Shown here: positions 36,714 through 45,566 of the stretch, one piece after another | Layout: each line of letters opens with the position of its first letter | Position numbering within the stretch: the first letter of the stretch is position 1 | Source of the DNA: Phycicoccus sp. | Lineage (GTDB): Bacteria > Actinomycetota > Actinomycetes > Actinomycetales > Dermatophilaceae | DNA length: 64,000 nt | Direction of reading: 5' to 3' | Assembly (NCBI GenBank): GCA_039812375.1 | Contig: JBDIAO010000003.1 | Coordinates: 10,949-74,948 of the forward strand | Notes under the pieces: model-generated | Told to the model about the DNA's origin: nothing | What the model saw: the letters and a program-made list of their open reading frames with translations, nothing else | Databases searched by the model: none | Position numbers and translations under genes: made by a program

Positions 36714-37670
36714 GTGATGGTTGCGGCGGATGAGGACGGGCAGGAGCACTCGAGGCACGATCACGCCGGGCACGATCACGCCGTGAGCGCCGACGCCGAC
36801 CGCCGCTACCTCTCCGCGGCGCTGTCCCTGCTCGTGGTCTACATGGCCGCCGAGGTCGCCGTGGCGCTACTCTCCGGGTCCCTGGCGCTGCTCTCCGACG
36901 CCGCCCACATGCTCACCGATGCGGCCGCGATCGCCCTGGCACTGTGGGCGCTGCACCTGGCCGCAAAGCCGGCGACCGGGCGCTGGACCTACGGCCTGAA
37001 ACGGGCCGAGATCCTCTCCGGCCTGGGCAACGGGGTCACCCTGCTCATCTTGGCCGCGGTACTCGCCGTCGAAGCAGTTCGCCGGCTGATCCACCCACCT
37101 GCAGTCAACGGCATACCCGTCCTCGTGGTGGCCCTGGCCGGGGTGGCCGTCAACATCGTCGCCGCCTGGCTCATCGCCAAGGCCAACCGGTCCTCCCTCA
37201 ACGTCGAGGGCGCCTACCTGCACATCGTCACCGACCTCTACGGCTTCGTGGGAACAGCCCTTGCCGCGGTGGTCATCATCGTCACCGGGTGGACCCGCGC
37301 CGATGCGATCGCCACCCTCGTCGTGGTCGCCCTGATGGCCCACGCCGGCTGGCGCCTGGTCGCGGCGGCGGGACACGTGCTGCTCGAGGCGGCACCTGCA
37401 GGCACCGACGTTGAGGCCATCAGGGCCCACCTGCTCGAATTGGAACACGTCTCAGACGTGCACGACCTGCACGTATGGAGCCTGACCACGACCCTTCCGG
37501 CGCTCTCGGCGCACCTCGTCGTCGACGACGAGTGTTTCCACGACGGACACGCCCCTCAGCTCCTCGACGAGGCCCTGGAGTGCCTCGCCGGTCACTTCGA
37601 CGTGGAACACTCCACCTTCCAATTCGAGCCTCCGGGACACGTCGCGCACGAGCCCGGCGGCTACCACTGA
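36714..37670 (+). CDS. cation diffusion facilitator (CDF) family metal exporter (CzcD/ZitB-like)
   Basis: His-rich N-terminus HSRHDHAGHDH. CDF motifs LLSDAAHMLTDAAA and HIVTDLYG. C-terminal domain VHDLHVWSL. Confidence 0.9.
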   Translation: MMVAADEDGQEHSRHDHAGHDHAVSADADRRYLSAALSLLVVYMAAEVAVALLSGSLALLSDAAHMLTDAAAIALALWALHLAAKPATGRWTYGLKRAEILSGLGNGVTLLILAAVLAVEAVRRLIHPPAVNGIPVLVVALAGVAVNIVAAWLIAKANRSSLNVEGAYLHIVTDLYGFVGTALAAVVIIVTGWTRADAIATLVVVALMAHAGWRLVAAAGHVLLEAAPAGTDVEAIRAHLLELEHVSDVHDLHVWSLTTTLPALSAHLVVDDECFHDGHAPQLLDEALECLAGHFDVEHSTFQFEPPGHVAHEPGGYH

Positions 37671-37686
37671 AGGGGCCCGGACAGAC

Positions 37687-39783
37687 ATGGACCAGCCCAC
37701 CGCGGGCCGGCATCGCCGTGACGGAGCGCGCGGGTCGGGACGGTTGCGCCTCGTGGTCCCGGCGCTGCTCGTCCTGATCTGGCTCGTCGTCGGCGGGATG
37801 GCCGGCCCCTACACCGGGAAGCTCAGCGGGGTCGCCAAGAACGACAGCGCGTCCTTCCTGCCGGCCTCTGCGGAGTCGACGAAGGCGCAGGCCGAGCAGC
37901 AGCGCTTCGCCACCACGCAGACGGTGCCCGCCGTCGTTGTCGCAGCCCGGGACACCGGGATCACCCCCGCCGATCGCACCTTCCTGGTCTCGGCCCTGGA
38001 CCGAGTCAAGACCCTCCCGCTCGTCGACGCCGCGGCGGTGTCACCGCTGGTGCCCGCGCAGGACGGCAAGGCACTCACCGCGTTCGTGCCCATCGAGAAC
38101 TCCGGCACGGTCCGGGTGGCGGTCGCGGATATCCGCCACGAGCTGGCCGACCCGCCACCGGGCTTGACCGTGCTGGTCACGGGACCAGCCGGGATCATCA
38201 CCGACCTCGTCACGGCGTTCGCCGGCATCGACGGACTCCTCCTCGTCGTCGCCGCGTCGGCCGTCGCTCTCATCCTGCTCGTCGTCTATCGCAGTGCGCT
38301 GCTGCCTCTGGTCGTCCTGCTCTCCGCGGTGTTCGCGCTGGGCCTGGCCAGCTTGGTGGTATATCTGCTCGCCGACCGGGACGTCATCACACTCAACGGC
38401 CAGAGCCAAGGCATTCTGTTCATCCTGGTCTTCGGGGCCGCCACCGACTACGCGTTGCTGATGGTGTCCCGTTTCAGGGAGCAACTGCGCGACACCGCCG
38501 ACCGGGTGGGCGCGATGCAGGTCGCCTGGCGCTCGACACTGGAACCGATCAGCGCCTCCGCCGGGACAGTCATCCTCGGCGTTCTCTGCCTGCTGTTCTC
38601 CGACCTGAACTCCAACCGCGGCCTGGGACCGGTCGCCGCCATCGGCATCGCCTGCGCGTGGCTGGCGACGGTCACCTTCCTGCCCGCCGTGCTCACCCTG
38701 CTCGGCCGGGCGGCCTTCTGGCCGCTGCGCCCGGCTCTCGGGTCGGCGCATCCAGAGACCAGCGGATGGTGGGCCGCGCTGGCAGAGAGGATCGCCCATC
38801 GGTCGCGCGCCGTCTGGGTGGTGACCAGCCTCGTCCTCCTGGTGTGTGCGGCATTCCTCACCCAGCTGCACGCCCAGGGAACCTCGCAGACCGACGTCTT
38901 CCTCCGTCCCGTCGACGCAGTCGCCGGTCAGAAGTTGCTCACCAAGCACTTCCCCGGCGGCAGTGGCTCGCCAACGGTGATCCTCGCCAACGCGGACGCG
39001 CAGGCGCAGGTGCAGGCGGCGGCCATGATGCCCGGAGTTGCCTCCGCCACCATCGTGTCGGGCCCGGACGGTGCCCCGGTTGTCGTCGACGGACGGGTGC
39101 AGGTCGAGGCAGTACTCACCGACCCAGCCGACTCCGAGCAGGCGGTGGCGACCGTGGCCCATCTGCGGCAGGTGGTCCATACGGTCCCGGGGGCCGACGC
39201 TCTCGTCGGTGGCCCGACCGCGGTCCAACTCGACACCCAGCTCACCTCCGAACGGGACCGGCTCGTCATCATCCCGATCGTCCTCGTCGTCATCTTTCTC
39301 ATCCTCGCGGTGCTGCTGCGCGCCCTCGTCGCCCCGCTGCTGCTCATTGCCACCGTGGTCCTTTCGTTCGCCGCGACCATGGGGATCACTGCGCTGGTGT
39401 TCAACCACGTCTTCGACTTCCCCGGAGCAGATCCCTCGGTACCGCTCTTTGCGTTCGTGTTCCTTGTCGCTCTGGGCATTGACTACAACATCTTCCTGAT
39501 GACCCGCGTGCGCGAAGAGACCCTGACCCTTGGGACCCGCGACGGCACCCGGCGCGGTCTGGCCCTGACTGGCGGGGTGATCACCTCGGCCGGTGTCGTC
39601 CTGGCAGCCACCTTCGCTGCGCTTGCGGTCATCCCGCTGCTCTTCCTGGTCCAGGTCGCCTTTATCGTCGCGTTCGGAGTCCTCCTGGACACCCTCGTCG
39701 TGCGGACTCTGCTCGTCCCAGCTGCCGTGATCGACCTCGACCGGAGCACCTGGTGGCCCTCCCGACTCAGCCTTCCCCGCTGA
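37687..39783 (+). CDS. MMPL-family (RND superfamily) transporter
   Basis: 698 aa with two 6-TM bundles and soluble loops. MMPL-like blocks AATDYALLMVSRFRE and GIDYNIFLMTRVREE. Confidence 0.9.
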   Translation: MDQPTAGRHRRDGARGSGRLRLVVPALLVLIWLVVGGMAGPYTGKLSGVAKNDSASFLPASAESTKAQAEQQRFATTQTVPAVVVAARDTGITPADRTFLVSALDRVKTLPLVDAAAVSPLVPAQDGKALTAFVPIENSGTVRVAVADIRHELADPPPGLTVLVTGPAGIITDLVTAFAGIDGLLLVVAASAVALILLVVYRSALLPLVVLLSAVFALGLASLVVYLLADRDVITLNGQSQGILFILVFGAATDYALLMVSRFREQLRDTADRVGAMQVAWRSTLEPISASAGTVILGVLCLLFSDLNSNRGLGPVAAIGIACAWLATVTFLPAVLTLLGRAAFWPLRPALGSAHPETSGWWAALAERIAHRSRAVWVVTSLVLLVCAAFLTQLHAQGTSQTDVFLRPVDAVAGQKLLTKHFPGGSGSPTVILANADAQAQVQAAAMMPGVASATIVSGPDGAPVVVDGRVQVEAVLTDPADSEQAVATVAHLRQVVHTVPGADALVGGPTAVQLDTQLTSERDRLVIIPIVLVVIFLILAVLLRALVAPLLLIATVVLSFAATMGITALVFNHVFDFPGADPSVPLFAFVFLVALGIDYNIFLMTRVREETLTLGTRDGTRRGLALTGGVITSAGVVLAATFAALAVIPLLFLVQVAFIVAFGVLLDTLVVRTLLVPAAVIDLDRSTWWPSRLSLPR

Positions 39784-39797
39784 GCCTTCCCCGCTGA
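39770..39797. repeat. perfect 14-nt tandem duplication spanning the MMPL stop codon
   Basis: GCCTTCCCCGCTGA x2 (39770-39783, 39784-39797). The real TGA is at 39781-39783. Confidence 0.9.
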
Positions 39798-39863
39798 GGA
39801 CCCAGCAGCATACGAGCGTGCGGCAGGATGGAGGGGACAAGGCACCCATCCCGGGAGGACGCC

Positions 39864-40892
39864 ATGACCGAGCAGGGCGCCGTGACCTTCGAGCTGTGGT
39901 CGCGGCAGAGCAGGCTCAACGTCGACGTGGACGGGATGGCCCGGTGCAGCGCCGAGACCCGCACCCTCTACCCGACCGTCATCAAGGCGGCGGACCGCGA
40001 GCTCCGCACGCTGGCTTTTCTCGTGCCACAGCCGACGAAGAGCTTCCCGGACACCGTCCTGGTGATCGTGGCTGGCCGGCGGATCGGATTCTTGCCCAAG
40101 TCGGTGGCACCCGACTACCGCCCGGTCCTGAACAACCTCATCGAGTCCGGACTGACTCCGGTCACACCCTGCCGAATCTATGCACACGAGACCCGGATCG
40201 ACCTGCGAGCAAGTTGGCTGGGCCGTGGCCGGTGGAACACCCACTTCAACGTCATGGCCCGGGTCCTGCTCGATGAGCCCCACCTGATCGCACCGGTCAA
40301 CCCCGTCCCGCGCCAGGCCCACCGACTGCTGCCGCCGGGGGTCGCGGTGCAGCTCAAGGACGAGGAGCACCATCTGGACGTCCTTGCCCCCCTTGTCGGT
40401 GACCGCGGGCAGGCCTGGGTCCTGGCCACCCTTCACCTGGCTTCGGCCAAGCCCGGTGGCGGTGAGCTCGTCGAGGTCCGCGTGGGTGACGAGCCGGTCG
40501 GTGTGCTCACTGCGGCGATGAGCCGGCACTATGCGCCGACCATCGCCCACCTGGACGGCGATGGCGTGCGCGCCGCGGCACGGGTCCTGTTGACCGGCAA
40601 CCCGCTCAGCGTCGAGGGCACATTGTATGCCGCCCGCGCCCATGAGCTTGCCGCCGGTTGGTTCGAGGGTGCCCCCACGTGGTCCACGGTGAGCACCCTG
40701 CGTCCGGTCACCCGCACCATCGCTGACCTCGAGGCGGCCGTGGACATCCCGCGACGGCCGACCCGGATCCTCTTCAACCCTCCGCCGGGGTGGCCGGTTG
40801 CGGCCGACGAGGCCGGGCCCGGACCGGGTTGGCAACCGGATCCGTCGTGGGCGGCGCCCCCCGAGGGGTGGGAGTTCTGGGTGGCCCGTTGA
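39864..40892 (+). CDS. hypothetical protein with two HIRAN-like repeats and a Pro/Trp-rich C-terminus
   Basis: ATG 39864 is preceded by GGGAGGA. Internal repeat VLVIVAGRRIGFLPKSVAPDYRPVL / VEVRVGDEPVGVLTAAMSRHYAPTI. C-terminus PPPGWPV...PGWQPDPSWAAPPEGWEFW. I recognise no enzyme motif. Confidence 0.55.
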   Translation: MTEQGAVTFELWSRQSRLNVDVDGMARCSAETRTLYPTVIKAADRELRTLAFLVPQPTKSFPDTVLVIVAGRRIGFLPKSVAPDYRPVLNNLIESGLTPVTPCRIYAHETRIDLRASWLGRGRWNTHFNVMARVLLDEPHLIAPVNPVPRQAHRLLPPGVAVQLKDEEHHLDVLAPLVGDRGQAWVLATLHLASAKPGGGELVEVRVGDEPVGVLTAAMSRHYAPTIAHLDGDGVRAAARVLLTGNPLSVEGTLYAARAHELAAGWFEGAPTWSTVSTLRPVTRTIADLEAAVDIPRRPTRILFNPPPGWPVAADEAGPGPGWQPDPSWAAPPEGWEFWVAR

Positions 40893-41027
40893 GCACGTCG
40901 CTGACCCCACGCGACGTCGCACGTGCACCACGAGAGACCGCGCCGTCTCCTCGTGCCGCCCCGCTGGCCTCACGAGATCCTCTACCACTGAGTAGTCTTG
41001 GCTGGCACACAGACTCAGGAGGGGTGC

Positions 41028-42512
41028 ATGGCCAAGAAGATTGCTGCGGGTGACCTGACCTGGCTGCTGATGGACCGCCCGAACAACCTCATGCAGGTGC
41101 ACGGGCTCATCGGCTTCGACACTGTGCCGGACTTCGCCAAACTCACCGATCTCGTCATGGACCGGATGGTCGGCAAGTACCGGGTGCTCAGCCAGATTCC
41201 GGTCGAACGCAAAGGCAAGTGGCGCTGGGTCGACGACAAAGACTTCGACATCGCCCGGCACGTCACCCGGGTCGTCCTGCCCGACGACGACCCCGAGACC
41301 ATGCGAGCGCACATGTCGTCCCTGTTCTCCACGCCTTTCCCCCGGGAGCATCCACTGTGGCAGTTCCAACTGGTCACCGGTCCGGACGAGGACGGACCCG
41401 GCTACGTCATCGGCCGCTTCCACCACGGTCTCGCCGACGGCATCCGGCTGGTCCAGCTCATCATCGGCACGTGTGACCCGGTCACGGGAGCAACCCCACC
41501 GGCTGTGGGCCGGGGAGGTGAGCAGCATGAGAACCCCTTCGAGCGTCTCCTCAGCTTTGCCGAACAGTCGGTGACCGACACGGTCGACTTCGCCACCGGC
41601 GCCGGAAAGGCCATCTCCAAGGCTGGACGCCAGCTGGTCACCACGAGCAACCCGCTCAATCTCGCTCACTCCGTCGGGGAAGCGCTCGAGACGGTCCGTG
41701 ACCCGGTGCGCCTCATGGATGCCATCACCTCGGTGGGTGCGGTGGACAACGAGTGGTCCAACTCGTGGCGCGAGATCGGGCGCATGCTCCTCGCCGACGA
41801 GTCCGACGCGGGGGCATGGAGTGGCCGCCCGGGCGTGGACAAGTCCGTCGCGTGGTTCGAGGGCTACCGTCTCGACGACGCCAAGGCGGTGGCTCGCGCC
41901 TTTGGCGGGACGCTCAACGACGCACTCATGGCAGCGGTGTCCCTCGCCCTGACCGACTACCTCTCCGAACGCGGCGTCAAAGACGTGTCCGACCTGTCCT
42001 GGCTCATGCCGGTCTCCTTGCGTCCGGTCGACGCCGCCCTGCCGCCGACCCTGGGCAACCACTTCGCCGTGGTGCAGATCTCCATGCCCTTGGGGATCCG
42101 CGACCCCGTCGCCCTCATCGCGGAGATCGGTGAGCGCACCACTCGGCTCAAGAACTCCGCCGAGCCGGTGGTCGCCTTTGGTATGCAGCGGGTCATCGCC
42201 GAGTCCCCCCTGGCGGTCGCCCAACGGATCACCAACTACTTCTCCAACAAGACCATCGGGCTGCTCAGCAACGTCCCCGGACCGCGAGTCTCGCTCACCA
42301 TGGCCGGCGCACCGGTACGCACCGTCCTCGGCTGGGTGCCCACGTCGGGGGACCAACCGATCGGGGTATGTCTGATCAGCTATGCCGGCACGGTCGGGGT
42401 CGCGGTCGCCACCGACGCCCGGATGATTCCGGACCCACCACGCATCGCCGAACTCATCCACCACCATCTCGACACTCTGGCCGCCGCGGCGGCCGTGACT
42501 GCCGCCCGCTGA
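41028..42512 (+). CDS. wax ester synthase / diacylglycerol O-acyltransferase (WS/DGAT)
   Basis: 494 aa from ATG 41028, with AGGAGG upstream. Catalytic HHxxxDG motif FHHGLADG. C-terminal block LSNVPGP. Confidence 0.9.
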   Translation: MAKKIAAGDLTWLLMDRPNNLMQVHGLIGFDTVPDFAKLTDLVMDRMVGKYRVLSQIPVERKGKWRWVDDKDFDIARHVTRVVLPDDDPETMRAHMSSLFSTPFPREHPLWQFQLVTGPDEDGPGYVIGRFHHGLADGIRLVQLIIGTCDPVTGATPPAVGRGGEQHENPFERLLSFAEQSVTDTVDFATGAGKAISKAGRQLVTTSNPLNLAHSVGEALETVRDPVRLMDAITSVGAVDNEWSNSWREIGRMLLADESDAGAWSGRPGVDKSVAWFEGYRLDDAKAVARAFGGTLNDALMAAVSLALTDYLSERGVKDVSDLSWLMPVSLRPVDAALPPTLGNHFAVVQISMPLGIRDPVALIAEIGERTTRLKNSAEPVVAFGMQRVIAESPLAVAQRITNYFSNKTIGLLSNVPGPRVSLTMAGAPVRTVLGWVPTSGDQPIGVCLISYAGTVGVAVATDARMIPDPPRIAELIHHHLDTLAAAAAVTAAR

Positions 42513-42519
42513 CCACACC

Positions 42520-42557
42520 ACTGACAACACACTGACAACATCACGCCACTGACAACA
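42520..42557 (+). repeat. three direct copies of ACTGACAACA between WS/DGAT and the reductase-like gene
   Basis: Copies at 42520-42529, 42531-42540 and 42548-42557. A degenerate fourth copy CTGACCACA (42509-42517) contains the WS/DGAT stop codon. Confidence 0.8.
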
Positions 42558-42569
42558 AAGGAGTCAGGT

Positions 42570-44642
42570 ATGCCAGGCAAGAAGCGGCTCGTCGTCGTCA
42601 ACATCACCCTCCAGAGTAACGAGTGGGACTACGACGAGAAGGTGTCCCTCGCCGGACAGGACTATCAGCTCGTCCGGATCGGAACGAGCGGAGACCTCAA
42701 GGCCGCTGAGGACCTGGTCTGGAAGTGGTCCCTCAAGGCCGACGCGATCGCCGTGACCGGGGCTCGCGAGGCCCAGGCCGCCGGCCTGTTCAGCGGGGAT
42801 CCCGAGGACATCCGCAAAGCTCGGGACACCACGAACAGGGTGCCCATCCACGACGGTTCCATGCTCGCCGACGTCGTCCAAGAGTGGGCGATCCGGCAAG
42901 TCCAATCCGAGATGCCGGGCCATTTCAGCAACGCCCGGGTGGTCGTCGTCGGCCAGTCGACACGACCGCGCACCATCAAGGTGCTGCGCGAGTTCACCGC
43001 GAACATCGACTTCGAGGACCCGATGAAGCGCACCGACGTCCCGCTCGCTCTGGAGTCCAACCCGGTCACGTCCAAGGCCGGCCAGGTGGGCATGATGGCC
43101 TGGCGGATGACGCCCGACGTGCTCAAGGGCGTCGCCAGTGGCCCGGCCGAGTGGGTCAGTGACAAGCTGGCACACAAGGCCGCGCGGTCGGCAGACGTCA
43201 TCGTCGGCTCCTACGCGGACATCGCGCGCTTCGGGCTCGAAGACCTCGCCGGCAAGACCGTGCTCACCAATGCCATCTCTGCGGCCCGGCTCGCCGATCT
43301 CGGCAGCCGCGGCGTGGACCTCGTCATTGACGCCACCCCCCAGCCGTTCGACTTCATGGTCGTCACCGCGATGCTCGAGGCGATGGTGGCCGCTACCCTG
43401 CCCAAGGGCAAGAAGCTGACCACCGACGCTCTCGTCGAGTTCATCACGACAGCGGAATTGGAGCCGCAGCTTCTCCGGCCCAACGGGGACAAGCGCAAGA
43501 GCCGCTTCACCTTCGTGATCCACCCCCTGTCGACCGAGTACTTCAAGAACCTCCAGGGGATCGGGACGATGTCGACCCTGCCGGGGATGGGCGGAGTCGT
43601 CGAGAAGGCCGCGGCATACATGCCCCCCTTCGTCTACTGCCACATCACCGGGATCAAGTCCCCGACCGGCGCCGAGACCGAAGGATGGCTCCTGACCGTG
43701 GGTGGCACCCCGAAGGAGATGCTCTCTCACCCACCGGAGTTCACCTACTCACGGCTGCTCGCCGCCGCGGAGATGTCCCAGAAGCTCGGGGCTCAGATCA
43801 TGGGCCTCGGGGCCTTCACCAAGGTCGTCGGTGACGCCGGAGTCACCGTCGCCAAGCAGGCGAAGCTGCCGGTCACCACCGGCAACAGCTACAGCGCATC
43901 CGGAGCCCTCTGGGCCGCCCATGAGGCGCTGCGCAAGCTCGACATCACCGAGATCGACGAGCGGGGTGTCCTGCGCGGCAAGACCATGGTCGTCGGCGCC
44001 TCCGGCGCGATCGGGTCGGTCTGCGCCCGGCTGCTCGCACTGGCCAGTGACGAGCTGTGGCTGGTCTCCCCGGAAACCGCCAAGCTGCTCGCGCTCAAGG
44101 CGGATATCGAGAGCGAGAACCCGCGGGCCGTGATCAAGGTCTCGACCAACCCGGGTGAGGCGCTGTCCGACATGGACCTCATCGTCACCGCCACCTCAGC
44201 GGCGGGCAACAAGGTCCTCGACATCATGAAGGTCAAGCCGGGCTGCGTCATCACCGACGTCGCCCGCCCCCTGGACATGTCGGCAGAGGATGTCGCGAAG
44301 CGACCCGACGTTCTCGTCATCGAGTCCGGTGAGGTCGAGCTGCCCGGCGAGAACATCAAGATCCGCGACATCGGCCTGCCGCCCAAGGTCGTCTACGCGT
44401 GCCTCGCCGAGACCATCGTCCTTGCCCTCGAGGGACGCTTCGAGACCTTCACCATCGGCCGCGCTATCGAGTGGCAGAAGGTCAAGGAGATCTACCAGAT
44501 GGGACTCAAGCACGGGATGAAGCTGGCAACCATTTCCGGGGTACGTGGCCCGTACACCGACGAGGACTTCGAGCGGGTGCGCAGCCTGGCCCTGGCCGCT
44601 CGCGCGAAGGCTGAGGGCGAGAAGGCCGAGGAGTTGTCGTGA
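42570..44642 (+). CDS. two-domain protein: uncharacterised N-terminal domain fused to an acyl-ACP-reductase-like (AAR/COG5322-type) NAD(P)-dependent thioester reductase
   Basis: 690 aa. Residues ~312-655 track cyanobacterial AAR: FTFVIHPLST vs MFGLIGHLTS, dinucleotide loop VVGASGAIGS vs VVGATGDIGS, and catalytic-Cys block VVYACLAETIVLALEG vs MFACFAEAMLLEFEG (Cys611, nt 44400-44402). RBS AAGGAG is 6 nt upstream of ATG 42570. Confidence 0.8.
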   Translation: MPGKKRLVVVNITLQSNEWDYDEKVSLAGQDYQLVRIGTSGDLKAAEDLVWKWSLKADAIAVTGAREAQAAGLFSGDPEDIRKARDTTNRVPIHDGSMLADVVQEWAIRQVQSEMPGHFSNARVVVVGQSTRPRTIKVLREFTANIDFEDPMKRTDVPLALESNPVTSKAGQVGMMAWRMTPDVLKGVASGPAEWVSDKLAHKAARSADVIVGSYADIARFGLEDLAGKTVLTNAISAARLADLGSRGVDLVIDATPQPFDFMVVTAMLEAMVAATLPKGKKLTTDALVEFITTAELEPQLLRPNGDKRKSRFTFVIHPLSTEYFKNLQGIGTMSTLPGMGGVVEKAAAYMPPFVYCHITGIKSPTGAETEGWLLTVGGTPKEMLSHPPEFTYSRLLAAAEMSQKLGAQIMGLGAFTKVVGDAGVTVAKQAKLPVTTGNSYSASGALWAAHEALRKLDITEIDERGVLRGKTMVVGASGAIGSVCARLLALASDELWLVSPETAKLLALKADIESENPRAVIKVSTNPGEALSDMDLIVTATSAAGNKVLDIMKVKPGCVITDVARPLDMSAEDVAKRPDVLVIESGEVELPGENIKIRDIGLPPKVVYACLAETIVLALEGRFETFTIGRAIEWQKVKEIYQMGLKHGMKLATISGVRGPYTDEDFERVRSLALAARAKAEGEKAEELS

Positions 44643-45475
44643 AGAACGTCAAGGGCAAGACTCTTCTGGTCACCGGCGCCGCCATGGGGATGGGCCGGCT
44701 CTTCGTGGAGCGCGCCCTTGCCGAGCAGGCGGAGAACGTCGTCCTCTGGGACATCAACGAGGACGCCCTCAACGCGACCCTCGGTGAGCTGTCCGGGGGG
44801 AGGACCAACCTCAGCGGCTACATCGTCGACGTCAGTGACCTTGAGGCGATCCAGAGCACTGCGGCCGCCGTGCGGGACGAGGTCGGCACCGTCGAGGTGC
44901 TCATCAACAACGCGGGAGTGGTGCGCGGCAACAACTACTTCTGGGAGACCGACCCCCTGGCCGACACGAAGCTGACCATCGACATCAACACTCTCGCCCC
45001 GATGTATGTCACCGGCGAGTTCCTCCCCGGGATGCTCGGCGCACCCGGCGAGTGTCGGCTGGTCAACATCGCCTCGGCTGCCGGCCTTACCCCGAACCCC
45101 CGGATGGCGGTGTATGCCGCCTCGAAGTGGGCCGTCATCGGCTGGTCGGAGTCCGTCCGTCTCGAGCTCAAGCAGGCCGGTCTCGACCACGTCAAGGTCA
45201 CCACGGTGTGTCCCTACTACGTCAACACGGGCATGTTCGACGGGGCGCGCTCCGCCCCCCTGCTGCCCATCCTCCAGCCCGACGAGGTCGTTGAGGAGGC
45301 GTGGAAGGGGATGCGCAACGGTACGCCGCTGGTCGTGCTGCCGCGCACCGTCATGCTCAGCGAGGTGATGAAGGGTCTGCTCCCCATCGGGGTCCGGGAC
45401 TTCATCGCCGACAGCCTCCTCGGTGTCTATTCCACGATGGAGGACTTCACCGGTCGCCCAGGAGCAAAGAGCTAA
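44639..45475 (+). CDS. short-chain dehydrogenase/reductase (SDR)
   Basis: TGAAMGMG, NNAG and the catalytic YAASK. GTGA start/stop overlap with the upstream reductase-like gene. Confidence 0.9.
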   Translation: MKNVKGKTLLVTGAAMGMGRLFVERALAEQAENVVLWDINEDALNATLGELSGGRTNLSGYIVDVSDLEAIQSTAAAVRDEVGTVEVLINNAGVVRGNNYFWETDPLADTKLTIDINTLAPMYVTGEFLPGMLGAPGECRLVNIASAAGLTPNPRMAVYAASKWAVIGWSESVRLELKQAGLDHVKVTTVCPYYVNTGMFDGARSAPLLPILQPDEVVEEAWKGMRNGTPLVVLPRTVMLSEVMKGLLPIGVRDFIADSLLGVYSTMEDFTGRPGAKS

Positions 45476-45501
45476 CAGCGACACACTCACTGGCGACGCG
45501 A

Positions 45502-45537
45502 CCGCGGCCTGGCCTCCCCATGGAGGCCAGGCCGCGG
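45502..45537. terminator. bidirectional hairpin terminator between convergent SDR and USP genes
   Basis: Perfect 16-bp stem CCGCGGCCTGGCCTCC (45502-45517) / GGAGGCCAGGCCGCGG (45522-45537) with the 4-nt loop CCAT. Confidence 0.6.
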
Positions 45538-45566
45538 CCTGATTCGTTACGGAACCTGATCCGTGA

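Noticed and set aside
38041-39849. 602-aa minus-strand ORF
   Set aside because: It is antisense to the MMPL gene. It is highly charged and low-complexity (runs of D/E/R/G/H) and has no TM or domain signature.
40893-41027. Weak hairpins (ACGTCGC/GCGACGT and CTCGTG/CACGAG) after the hypothetical gene as a possible terminator
   Set aside because: The stems are only 6-7 bp with 9-15-nt loops. That is far weaker than the 13- and 16-bp hairpins elsewhere in the window and is not convincing.
39483-42530. 1015-aa minus-strand ORF
   Set aside because: It is antisense to the MMPL 3' end, the hypothetical gene and WS/DGAT. It has low-complexity Arg/Gly/Asp-rich composition and no recognisable domain. 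The sense-strand genes have RBSs and catalytic motifs.
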